From positions 1-24,939 of the forward strand of contig JANPJS010000319.1 in the NCBI GenBank assembly GCA_031425655.1: DNA of 24,939 bases. Direction: 5' to 3'. The notes beneath the pieces are model-generated. The model searched no databases. It saw nothing but the letters and a program-made list of their open reading frames with translations, and had not been told where the DNA came from. Below are positions 15,951 to 24,870 of this stretch, piece by piece (positions within the stretch are counted from its first letter, which is position 1; each line of letters opens with the position of its first letter). The DNA comes from Abditibacteriaceae bacterium. GTDB lineage: Bacteria > Armatimonadota > Abditibacteriia > Abditibacteriales > Abditibacteriaceae. The position numbers and the translations under genes are program-made.

Positions 15951-17144
15951 ATGAAGTCCGATTCTCAAGAAACGCCCTTCGATTCGCAAATGAGCGACGA
16001 TTTGCAATCGCGCCGCGCCGTGCCGACTCACGTCCCGGTTCGCATCGGCCCATCCGCATCGCCGGCGGATGATTCACCCGTTGCACCGCCCCTTGTCGCG
16101 CCGGTTACAGCGCCGCCAACTCCCCAACCGCCTTACGTCGCCTCGCCCGCGCCGGCTAAAGAAGGCGTTCCGATGCCGGTTATTCTTGGCTTGGCGATGG
16201 CATTAGGCGCGATTTGCGTGGTCGCCGCGTCCATCGGAATGCGGCGCGTGATTAAGCCGGTGGCTCCGGTCAATTCGACGGTCGTCGCACCGCCACGCGG
16301 CAATGTCGTGATGCAAAGCCCCGAACTCGTAATTAAACATCCCACAGCGCTGGCCACGCCAACTTCGCCCCCGCAAGTCGAAACCAGCGTGTCGGAAGCC
16401 ACGCCATCGGTCGAAATCAGCGAATTGCCGCCGATCACGCCGTCTGAGGAACCAACATCGGCTGCACCAAAAACGCCGCGCGATGCACGTCCAAACTCTA
16501 ATTCCACGTCGCCCACCGATTCGCCTTCACCACTTGAAAAAGCAGCTTCGCCCGACGTTTATCCGCCGACCGACACGCATCGCGGTAACCGCTTTGAGAT
16601 TACTCCGCCGCCCGGCTTCCGCCTGCGCCAAAGTGGACGTCGCACTATCTGGCAGCGCGACGACGGCGCACAAATCTTAGTCGAAACGGGCAAAGCCGGC
16701 GACGGCTCGCCGCGCGCCGGATGGCAAAAGCTCGACCGCGATTTGGCCCGGCGCTACGGAAAACGCTATCGCTCAATGGGTATTCACGAAGGCACCTTAG
16801 CCGGTCAACCGGCGGCGATCTGGGAATTCGAGCTAACCGGCAAAGACGGCATCACGCGCCGCAAAATAGACGTGGGCATCAAAATCAATGGTCGCGGCTA
16901 CGCCGTGCTGGGCGCCGCACCGAAAGATAAATTCGACAGCATACGCGACGACATCGAACAAGCTCTCGGCTCGTTTCGCGTCAGCGAATCCAACGATTCG
17001 CCGGAAGAAACCGAAAACGATACGCCGCGCGCCAAACCGCGCCCGCGCCCGCGCTTGCGCCCCACGCCCGAACCGAGCGAAACGAATGGAATCAGCCCTC
17101 TGCCTCAGCCCGAATCAACCCTCGCCGCTGAACGAGGCTACTGA
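15951..17144 (+). CDS. Single-pass membrane protein with Pro-rich linkers and a PsbP/Mog1-like extracytoplasmic domain
   Basis: One TM (VILGLAMALGAICVVAASI); globular region FEITPPPGF...IWEF...GYAVLG...FD..IEQALGSF. Start at ATG 15951 preferred over TTG 15852. Confidence 0.72.
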   Translation: MKSDSQETPFDSQMSDDLQSRRAVPTHVPVRIGPSASPADDSPVAPPLVAPVTAPPTPQPPYVASPAPAKEGVPMPVILGLAMALGAICVVAASIGMRRVIKPVAPVNSTVVAPPRGNVVMQSPELVIKHPTALATPTSPPQVETSVSEATPSVEISELPPITPSEEPTSAAPKTPRDARPNSNSTSPTDSPSPLEKAASPDVYPPTDTHRGNRFEITPPPGFRLRQSGRRTIWQRDDGAQILVETGKAGDGSPRAGWQKLDRDLARRYGKRYRSMGIHEGTLAGQPAAIWEFELTGKDGITRRKIDVGIKINGRGYAVLGAAPKDKFDSIRDDIEQALGSFRVSESNDSPEETENDTPRAKPRPRPRLRPTPEPSETNGISPLPQPESTLAAERGY

Positions 17145-17464
17145 GAATTTAGAATGGAGAATGCAGAATTGAGAAGCTCACCTTACGCAGTAGGTTATGG
17201 TGAGCGCCACCCGGCGATAAATCACCGGGCTGAAACACCAAGCCTCTTCGAGGCTCACCCAAACACTGTTCGCACAGCCGCACAGCCGCGCGTCATAGTC
17301 CCGCAGCCCCGCAGGGGCTTTGTGTTTCAGCCCGGTGATTTATCGCCGGGTGGCACAAGCATAACGTGGCTCTTTGCAGCGCTTACCATAACCTACTGCG
17401 TAAGGTGAGTGAGAAGGTAAAAACCCAGCCTTTCTCAATTCTGCATTCTCCATTCTAAATTCTC
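17143..17464. repeat. Heptamer-periodic (AGAATNN) palindrome interrupted by a MITE
   Basis: 17143-17175 is the exact reverse complement of 17432-17464 (33/33). Confidence 0.9.
17177..17409. mobile_element. Complete family-B MITE with 31-bp TIRs, 7-bp TSD and REP-doublet cargo
   Basis: TIRs 17177-17207/17379-17409 (30/31); TGAGAAG duplicated at 17170-17176 and 17410-17416; inner perfect 33-bp inverted repeat 17206-17238/17322-17354. Confidence 0.9.
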
Positions 17465-17528
17465 TTAGATTGCTCCCATGTGATGAATCGGATAAACCCT
17501 TTGCGAATTCTCCACGGAAAAACATCAC

Positions 17529-18584
17529 ATGAAATATCGCATTGGCGTAATTGAGGGCGACGGCGTCGGCCCCGAAGTAGTGAGTTGGGGCGTCAGCATT
17601 TTAGAAGCGGCCTCGCGGCTGGGCGGCATAGAACTGGAGTTCGTCAAAGCGCCGGTCGGCGGCACGACGTTTCTCGAAACCGGCAAGGTTCTGCCGGAAG
17701 AATCGCTGCAAACGCTGCGCGGCTGCCACGCGATTCTTAAAGGCCCGATGGGACGCCCCGACATCGAAGCCGGCGTCGTCGAGCGCGACGGCATTTTGGC
17801 GCTGCGTCAAATTTTCGGACAATACGTTAATTTGCGTCCGGTGAAACTGTTTCGCGGCATCGAAGCGGCCAGCCCTCTCAAAGATGAACTGCTGCGCAAA
17901 GGCGTGGATTTCGTCATCGTGCGCGAAAACTCGGAAGGTCTGTATTCCCGCATGGGCGGCCTGACCGACACCAGCGCCACCGACATTAATCTTTTCACCG
18001 AGCGCGGCGTGCGGCGCATTCTTGAATTTGCGTTCGCCCTTGCGGAAAAGCGCGACAAACGCTTGATTTCCGTAGATAAAGCCAACGTTTTATCGGCCTC
18101 GCTGTTTTGGAGGCGCAAATTCGAGACGATGGCTGGGAGTCATCCCGACATCAAATGCTCGTCGCAGCTTGTGGATTCGTTCTGCCTGCTGGTTTTGCAA
18201 GACCCGTCGCCGGCACGCTGGGACGTGGTCGTGACCGACAATATGTTCGGCGACATTATCGCCGACGAGGCCGCCGCCATCGTCGGCAGTTTGGGCATGA
18301 GTCCGTCGGCGAATCTTAATCCCGGCGGCATCAGCATGGTTGAGCCGGTGCATGGCTCGGCGCCCGACATCGCCGGCAAAGGCATCGTCAACCCCTTAGC
18401 GACCATTCTTTCCTGCGCCCTGATGCTGCGCCACTGCTTCGACCGCGACGATTTAGCCGATAAAATCGAGCGCGCCGTGCAAAAGGCTTTGGACGAAGGT
18501 TTCCGCACGCAGGACATCGCCGCCGGCCAATCGGCCTGCACAACCGAGCAAATGGGAGAAGCCGTTTTGAAGCATTTGCTCTGA
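17529..18584 (+). CDS. leuB: 3-isopropylmalate dehydrogenase
   Basis: GDGVGPEV, ER..ILALRQ..NLRPV, VRENSEGLY, VDKANVL, DNMFGDI, EPVHGSAPDIAGKG. Confidence 0.9.
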   Translation: MKYRIGVIEGDGVGPEVVSWGVSILEAASRLGGIELEFVKAPVGGTTFLETGKVLPEESLQTLRGCHAILKGPMGRPDIEAGVVERDGILALRQIFGQYVNLRPVKLFRGIEAASPLKDELLRKGVDFVIVRENSEGLYSRMGGLTDTSATDINLFTERGVRRILEFAFALAEKRDKRLISVDKANVLSASLFWRRKFETMAGSHPDIKCSSQLVDSFCLLVLQDPSPARWDVVVTDNMFGDIIADEAAAIVGSLGMSPSANLNPGGISMVEPVHGSAPDIAGKGIVNPLATILSCALMLRHCFDRDDLADKIERAVQKALDEGFRTQDIAAGQSACTTEQMGEAVLKHLL

Positions 18585-18595
18585 AAAAGGATAAA

Positions 18596-19432
18596 ATGCT
18601 CGACCTCAAATGCTTCGACGCCATCGGTTTTAAAGCGGCGGATTTTCACGAATTCAACCGCTATCTCGACATGGCTCGTCTTAAAGGCCAGCATCCGTCC
18701 TCGGAGCGAGGCGCTTACACTTACTGGCCGGTCGGTTCGGGCATCGAAATTTGGGCGGCTTCCGACAAGCAAACACGCCCATTGAACAGCAATCCGCACT
18801 TTTTGGGCAGCAGCCGCATCGAAGCGCGCGTGCTGGAAATGGTAGACCTCGCTTCGACGCTCGAAGGCGCGCTGCGCGTGCATCTCAACCCGCGCGATGC
18901 GACCGCGCCGCACTATCCGTTCCTCTTCAACGTGCCGAGTTGGGATTTCGCGCGCCCATTGCTTAAGGAGCAGAAAGCAAAAACAGCCGGGCCGCTCATC
19001 ATTACGTTTCAGCTCACGGCGTTTGCCGACGAGCTTGAATGTTACGATAGCGAAGAGACATATTTAGCCGCTCAACGACTTCGGCAGCAGCGCGAACACG
19101 AAGAATTAGGCACTGAAGACGAGGGCGAGTCGTTAGACGAGGCACTTCATTTCATCCCTACCGGTCTGATGGTCAGTGGAGGGGAAAAAGCGCAGCCGCG
19201 CGCCGCGTTTTCCGGCGAAATCGTGAGCGGCCACGTTTTGACTAATCCCATCACCAATCAGAAGACGCTTCATTTGGGCGTGAAAACTTTGGGCATGATT
19301 GTGGATGTGGTGGCCGATGCCGCGATTGTCAAAGGCCGCCCCAAAAACCACGGCATCGCTGCCGGCCACTTCTGGCTCAGCGGACGCACCGTCGAAGAAA
19401 TCGAAGCCACCAACAAGCGCCTGCGCCTCTGA
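18596..19432 (+). CDS. Hypothetical protein (weak resemblance to DUF3881-type proteins)
   Basis: AAGGA SD, tightly packed between leuB and nagZ; N-terminal F.AIGF and C-terminal G.FWLSG patterns. Confidence 0.8.
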   Translation: MLDLKCFDAIGFKAADFHEFNRYLDMARLKGQHPSSERGAYTYWPVGSGIEIWAASDKQTRPLNSNPHFLGSSRIEARVLEMVDLASTLEGALRVHLNPRDATAPHYPFLFNVPSWDFARPLLKEQKAKTAGPLIITFQLTAFADELECYDSEETYLAAQRLRQQREHEELGTEDEGESLDEALHFIPTGLMVSGGEKAQPRAAFSGEIVSGHVLTNPITNQKTLHLGVKTLGMIVDVVADAAIVKGRPKNHGIAAGHFWLSGRTVEEIEATNKRLRL

Positions 19433-19440
19433 TTCTAATT

Positions 19441-20418
19441 ATGCCTTTGAAACTCGAAGAAATTTCACAACTTTTGATGATCGGCATCCCCGCCGATAAC
19501 GATTTGTCCGCTGTCGAAGCTTTGCAGCCCGGCGGCGTAGTTTTGATGGGCCGCAACGCCGGCACGCCCGACGAAGTGCGCCGATTGACGCGACGCATCG
19601 CCGAAATGTGCAAACTTGCACCGCTGATTGCAACGGATCAGGAAGGCGGTCGCGTGCAGCGCCTGACGCAAGGCTTCACGCCGATTCCGCGCATGAGAAA
19701 GTTGGCGCAGCAAGGCGCGCAGCAAGTGGGCATCACGGCGGCGACAGTCGCCGCCGAATTGCGTGATGTCGGCGTCAATTTCAATTTCGCGCCGGTTTGC
19801 GACGTGCCCGTTCATCCCGACGACACCGTGATCGGCGACCGCGCTTTTTCCAGCAACCCGATTCAGGCTTCGCTTTTGGCCGCCGAATACATTCGCGGCG
19901 CGCAGCCGACGGTGCTTTGCTGCGCCAAACATTTCCCCGGACACGGCGGCGTGGGCGTAGATTCGCACCTCGCTCTCCCAACTTTCAGCGGCACGCGCGA
20001 CGAATTAAACCCGCATTTGCAGCCATTTCGCGCCGCGATTGCCGCCGGAGTCGCCGCGATTATGGTCGGGCACATTTCGGTGCCCGCCGTGGACGATTCG
20101 GGCGCACCAGCCACGCTTTCCCCTCCGCTGGTGACAGCAATCCTGCGGGAAGAATTAAATTTTCGCGGCCTTGTCGTCACCGACGACCTTGAAATGAAAG
20201 CCTTGCCGCAAGACATGCCGGGCACTGTCGCCGTGCGCGCCTTGCAAGCCGGGTGCGACTTGCTTCTCTATTGTCACGCGCCCGAAAAAGCCCGCGCCGC
20301 GCGCGAGGCCATCGCCGCCGCTTTAATCAGCGGCGAACTCGACGACACCCGCGTGCGCGATGCCCTCGAACGCGTGCGCTGGGCCAAAACCCGCGCCGGA
20401 CTTATCGAGCAAAAGTAA
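19441..20418 (+). CDS. nagZ: Beta-N-acetylhexosaminidase (GH3)
   Basis: DQEGGRVQR, FAPVCD, IGDRAFS, KHFPGHG....DSH, VTDDLEM. Confidence 0.92.
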   Translation: MPLKLEEISQLLMIGIPADNDLSAVEALQPGGVVLMGRNAGTPDEVRRLTRRIAEMCKLAPLIATDQEGGRVQRLTQGFTPIPRMRKLAQQGAQQVGITAATVAAELRDVGVNFNFAPVCDVPVHPDDTVIGDRAFSSNPIQASLLAAEYIRGAQPTVLCCAKHFPGHGGVGVDSHLALPTFSGTRDELNPHLQPFRAAIAAGVAAIMVGHISVPAVDDSGAPATLSPPLVTAILREELNFRGLVVTDDLEMKALPQDMPGTVAVRALQAGCDLLLYCHAPEKARAAREAIAAALISGELDDTRVRDALERVRWAKTRAGLIEQK

Positions 20419-20490
20419 GCAAAACCAATTCAAAAATGCCTTACGTTTGGTCTCCGCCTGTTCGATGGAATTAAAAGCGAGTAACCGGCG

Positions 20491-22377
20491 CTATTTTCCG
20501 AGCAGCGGTTTATCCACGGACGATCCCCACGCGCGAAGAATCTCCATTGCCACCTCACGCACCTGTGAGGCTGCCTTTTCATCACGTGCCAGGCGGCGGG
20601 CGGCATCAAGGGCTGCGTCGCGGCTCTCCAGACGACTCCACCAGAGCATCGAACTCTTATCGGCTACCACCTTCTTAATAATTTGGCCCGCCAGCACGCG
20701 ACAGGACGTATCCGCGTCTTTTTCCAAAACATCCGCAAGCTGCGGCAAGTGCCACAAAGTAGGATGCTGTTGAAGGACGCGCAGAATTTGAATGCGAGAA
20801 GCTGCTTGAGATTCCTTAACGAGCGCCGTCAGTAGAGCACGTTGAATGCGATAAGAATGAACCTCGCCTAATGCCCCAGTCGCTTGGCGCCGCGTGCTGG
20901 CGTCCGCGCTTTGCAGAGCCGCAACGCGGCGGCTGATTTCTTCATCGGTCAGAAATAAATCGCCGGCTGCTTCAGCCGGCGCATGGTCGGCGTTGATTTT
21001 TTCGCGCAATGCAGCACGACCCTTTGAAAGCCACCAGCCGCGAGCCGCATCAATAGCAGCCAACCGTTGAGCCACACTGTTTTCGGGCCGATAACCGAAG
21101 TCACGGCCAGTCAGCTTTTGAAACTCTTCGATGGCAACATCGGCATCGGAAAACGGCTGCGATTCAACCCGCCCAAAACCGCGCGAGCCAGTCATTTTCG
21201 TTGATTCCAGTGCCTTAGCCAAAAGCGGAATCGCCCAGTTTTTGCCGTAGCGCGCAGCATAACGCACTTCATCGCCTAAGTTCCAGCCGCTGCGATCAAG
21301 CTGCCCCGTCGCCTCAAACTGGCGTGCCATTTCCTGATAAAGCGCGCGGTCGCCGTAGCGAAGCAGAATGGTGTAATCGCCCTCGCGGCTTTGTTGCTGG
21401 CGAAACCGGGTAAATGCGGCGCGAATCGGCTCCTGAGGATCAATTTTCTGCATCGCCTCGACGATGGGGCTGTTCAAGCCGTAGCGATCTGCGGCCAGCA
21501 GGCTGCGCATCTCTGCGATGACGTCTTCCGGGCCTTCCAACATGGCAAGCATTTGCAGCGCATGAATTTTGTCATAGCCGCGCAGCGTGAGGTTCTGCTC
21601 GCGCAGGCCAAGCTGATTGCGAATCATTTGCGCCTGCGTTTTTCCCTCACTCAATTTCCACCATGCGCGCACGTTGGCCACGGCTGATTCGCGGCGCGCG
21701 GGCGTATCGTTGTGCAAATGCGTGGAAGTCGAGCCGTCATGATAAAATTCGCAGCCGACTATGCGTTCCAGGCACTTCATCGCCAGGTCTTGTCGGCGCA
21801 GCACGAAGTAGATCGGATAAAAGCTGCGCTGCCACGCGATGGTTCGCGTTGGCGTGTCGTCATCTAATGCTTCGATCAAATCGGGAATAGCTGGCGGCCC
21901 AATGGCTACCAGTTGATCGGTTGCCATCGGCGTGTCCGCAAGCGAGAAAATTTCTGGATAACCGGGATCGGAAAACTGCCGGCCTCCGACTTCGCGCAGT
22001 TGAAAAATCCAGGTGCGAATGACTTCTTCCGGCGTTCGTTCGCTCGCCGCTTTTTGCAGAAACGACGGCAGCGCCGCGGTGGCTTCGCGCTCAAGAGGCA
22101 CAATGAGAGACTGAAGTTGCCGGTCATAGCGGCTGCCCCGATAATCGGCGAGCAGCTTTTTACAGGTTGCCTGAAACTCCGCGCGCGAGCCGCCAGCTTG
22201 CAACTTGAGCATAGCCGGGCGTAGTATCAACCAAGCCGCGTCGTTGATTTTGCTTTCGGTTTGTGCCGTCGCCTGATTGCTCATTGTCAGGAATCCCGGC
22301 GCGCCGAGTAACCAAACATAGCAAGCCAACGTCGCCAAGCCGTGTTTTGAAACCGTGTATCGCTTCATATTTCTCAT
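20491..22377 (-). CDS. Exported hypothetical protein with HEAT/PBS-like helical repeats
   Basis: Signal-like N-terminus ending ATAQ; LVAIGPPAIPDLIEALDD, RRQATGALG, AIPLLAKAL. Start could also be 22368. Confidence 0.75.
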   Translation of the reverse strand: MRNMKRYTVSKHGLATLACYVWLLGAPGFLTMSNQATAQTESKINDAAWLILRPAMLKLQAGGSRAEFQATCKKLLADYRGSRYDRQLQSLIVPLEREATAALPSFLQKAASERTPEEVIRTWIFQLREVGGRQFSDPGYPEIFSLADTPMATDQLVAIGPPAIPDLIEALDDDTPTRTIAWQRSFYPIYFVLRRQDLAMKCLERIVGCEFYHDGSTSTHLHNDTPARRESAVANVRAWWKLSEGKTQAQMIRNQLGLREQNLTLRGYDKIHALQMLAMLEGPEDVIAEMRSLLAADRYGLNSPIVEAMQKIDPQEPIRAAFTRFRQQQSREGDYTILLRYGDRALYQEMARQFEATGQLDRSGWNLGDEVRYAARYGKNWAIPLLAKALESTKMTGSRGFGRVESQPFSDADVAIEEFQKLTGRDFGYRPENSVAQRLAAIDAARGWWLSKGRAALREKINADHAPAEAAGDLFLTDEEISRRVAALQSADASTRRQATGALGEVHSYRIQRALLTALVKESQAASRIQILRVLQQHPTLWHLPQLADVLEKDADTSCRVLAGQIIKKVVADKSSMLWWSRLESRDAALDAARRLARDEKAASQVREVAMEILRAWGSSVDKPLLGK

Positions 22378-22406
22378 TCCGAAATTATCTCAGTCAGTTT
22401 CTTACG

Positions 22407-22443
22407 AAAAAACGCCGCGGAGCAAGTTGCTCGGCGGCGTTTT
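22407..22443 (-). terminator. Rho-independent terminator of the redoxin gene
   Basis: AAAACGCCGC..GAGCAA/TTGCTC..GCGGCGTTTT stem with a T6 tract on the minus strand. Confidence 0.8.
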
Positions 22444-22458
22444 GGTGCTTGTTTCAGG

Positions 22459-23826
22459 TTAGCGGCGGCGTTTGGCGACCGTTTTCTTCTTAGCTTTCGC
22501 CGGCAATTTCGCGCTTGAGGCAGCGAGTGCTTTGCTGACCGCGAGGCCCAACTCCGGGCCGCGCGCATCAAGCGAAACGATTTTTCCGTCGCGGCCTACG
22601 ACGATGCCCATGGGAATTCCCGTCACGCCATACAGCTTGGGCATGGCGCCCTCGAAGTTTTTGCCGTCGAAAATTTGGCGCCACGGAAGCTTGGCTTGCT
22701 GAATAAAGCCAGTCAAAGCGGCTTTGTCCTCGTCCAACGATATACCGATAACATCGAAGCCTTGTGCGTGATACTTTTTATAAGTGGCGATGATGTTGGG
22801 CATCTCGATAAGGCACGGCTGGCACCACGTCGCCCAGAAGTCGAGCAGCACGACTTTGCCCTTATATTGATCTAATGAAATCGCTTTGCCGGCGAGGTCT
22901 TTCGCTGAGAATTTGAAAGGCGCAACGCCCGGCTTGAGGCGCGGGTCGTAATTGGGCGCGTCGAGCGAGTCGGACGGCTTGGCGCCGGCGGGCGGCGTGA
23001 ATTTGAGCAGCGAAGGCACCAGCATGGCGTCGGCCTGCACGTTTTGATGCTCTTCGACGCCGCTGATTTTCATTTCGTTGCCGCTGCGATCTTTGCCGCT
23101 TTGCTCCATCGTCACGCGGCGAATCAGGTGATCGTCGTGGCCGGCGAAGAACGTATATATCACCTCGGCGCGCGGCGTGCGCAGTGTGGCGACCAGCGCG
23201 TCCATATTGATGCCGCCGATTTGCGAAGCTTCGCCGACCTTCAATGAGACTAAAGCGCCTGCGGTTTCCTTTAGCAAATCCTGTCCGGAAAGCCAGAAAT
23301 CCAGTCCCGGCCCAACGCCGCTGGCCCGCGCCAAAGCCAAATCCGCCGGCGCCGGCACCTGCGCCGGAATGTCACGCTTGAGATATTTTTCCTTGACCTG
23401 CGGCAGCGACACGAAAAAGGTGCGGCCATCTACGGCGAAGATGGACGTGCCCTGCTCGTCGGTGCGCTTAACCAAAGCCTTGTCGGGGCGCTGAAAAGCC
23501 ATCTGCACTTTGAACGCAATTGGTTTTTCGCGGGCGCCGGTGATGGTGGTCTGCATCGTGTCGGCGTAGGTTTTCAGGTTCTTGTAGGCGCCGCTGATCT
23601 GCTGCAACAGCACTTTAGCGGCGTCGTCAATTTGCGGCGCCGGAACCGCTGGAGCCAGTTCCAATGGGCCTTCGGCAGCGGTGTCGGGCGGCGTTGAGGG
23701 CACCGTTGCGGGTGGAATCCCAACCGGCGGCGTTTCATCGGCAGCCAAAGCCGCGCCGGTGGCCCAAGCCACGCCAACGGGAAGCAAAAGCGCCGCAACA
23801 GCGGCGCGATGAGTCAAAAATCGCAT
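22459..23826 (-). CDS. Exported LolA-like (DUF2092-type) domain fused to a TlpA/ResA redoxin
   Basis: Signal peptide; QQISGAYKNLKTY...FQRPDK...DGRTF...FTPPAGAK; GKVVLLDFWATWCQPC. GGAGA SD before ATG 23826. Confidence 0.88.
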   Translation of the reverse strand: MRFLTHRAAVAALLLPVGVAWATGAALAADETPPVGIPPATVPSTPPDTAAEGPLELAPAVPAPQIDDAAKVLLQQISGAYKNLKTYADTMQTTITGAREKPIAFKVQMAFQRPDKALVKRTDEQGTSIFAVDGRTFFVSLPQVKEKYLKRDIPAQVPAPADLALARASGVGPGLDFWLSGQDLLKETAGALVSLKVGEASQIGGINMDALVATLRTPRAEVIYTFFAGHDDHLIRRVTMEQSGKDRSGNEMKISGVEEHQNVQADAMLVPSLLKFTPPAGAKPSDSLDAPNYDPRLKPGVAPFKFSAKDLAGKAISLDQYKGKVVLLDFWATWCQPCLIEMPNIIATYKKYHAQGFDVIGISLDEDKAALTGFIQQAKLPWRQIFDGKNFEGAMPKLYGVTGIPMGIVVGRDGKIVSLDARGPELGLAVSKALAASSAKLPAKAKKKTVAKRRR

Positions 23827-23880
23827 AAATTTCTCCAGATGAATAGGCGATGCTTGAACGGCGCCGCCACACATAAAATC

Positions 23881-23902
23881 GGCGCGCCCGAATGGGCGCG
23901 CC
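23881..23902 (-). terminator. GC-rich hairpin, possible terminator
   Basis: GGCGCGCCC-GAAT-GGGCGCGCC, followed by GATTTT on the minus strand. Confidence 0.45.
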
Positions 23903-23974
23903 TTATGGATTTTAACTTAAGTTGCTACTTATGGCGCCTTTTGGTGCCAGGGCAATAGGTAGCAACTTGGGTTA

Positions 23975-24769
23975 TTACGGCCCGATTCCAAGTCCCGTCT
24001 CGGCCTGCACCGGCACTGCGATATTCTCAACTTTGTCGAAATAGCTTATTTTAACCGTCATGGACGGCACCTTGCGCGACAGTTTATAAGTCTCGGTTAT
24101 GTTGTAAATACCGAGCATATAGCTGCTTTCCATGCTATCGCGCGTGCCGCCAATCGGCTTGCCCGCCGCATCGAAAAACGCGAATTTGATGATGCGTTCG
24201 AGGCTCTTTCTGGCGTGCAAATCAACGATTAAACCGTTTCCGTCGGGTTTTACCGAAGAAATGTCGAACTGCACCGGGCCAACCGTGATTTTGCTGCCTT
24301 TTTTCAGCGGCACGTTCTTCTGCTCAACCGTTTTAGGCGCCGAGCCGCAGTTCAGCATCAGCGTTCCGGAAAAGCGGATTTTCGTGGCGTCTTTGGCCGG
24401 TAAGCCCGGCGCTTGCACTTCGAGGCAGCAATACTTGCCGTTTTCGCTGATTTTCGGGCCAAAAGCGCCCAGCCAGTCATCGGCATCCGGCGCGTGGCCA
24501 AGCGGCCCGAAAAGGTCGGTGCCTTTATCGTCGGTGAAAAGCTCAAATTTGCAAGCATCGCGCTCGACGCCGATGAAAACCTGCCCCGGCTTTTCCAAAT
24601 ACATCATCAGGCGCGTGCCTTCGCCATGCACATAAAGGATGTCCTTCACGCCTTCCGGGACTTTTTCGCCGATGCGAATGCCTGCGACACTGATCTTCGC
24701 ATCGGCGGCGTAGATTACACGCGGAGACGCCACCACCGCCAGCAAAGCAGCAATCACAAACGTTTTCAT
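23975..24769 (-). CDS. Exported beta-rich hypothetical protein
   Basis: MKTFVIAALLAVV signal peptide, GAGGT SD before ATG 24769; the longer 24877 start lies inside a repeat. Confidence 0.78.
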   Translation of the reverse strand: MKTFVIAALLAVVASPRVIYAADAKISVAGIRIGEKVPEGVKDILYVHGEGTRLMMYLEKPGQVFIGVERDACKFELFTDDKGTDLFGPLGHAPDADDWLGAFGPKISENGKYCCLEVQAPGLPAKDATKIRFSGTLMLNCGSAPKTVEQKNVPLKKGSKITVGPVQFDISSVKPDGNGLIVDLHARKSLERIIKFAFFDAAGKPIGGTRDSMESSYMLGIYNITETYKLSRKVPSMTVKISYFDKVENIAVPVQAETGLGIGP

Positions 24770-24870
24770 GGGACACCTCAGTTTAATCTCTCGTCCTGCC
24801 CAGAGGGCACCCGACGCCAAGTCGCTAAGAAGCAGTCTGAAATGTCTGTCACGGAGTCCGGCAAAGGGTT

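Noticed and set aside
15811..16086. N-terminal extension of the GlsB/YeaQ ORF (likewise extensions to 23874, 24877, 15852 and 184)
   Set aside because: Better starts with SD or promoter support and family-typical N-termini lie downstream; the extensions overlap other features.
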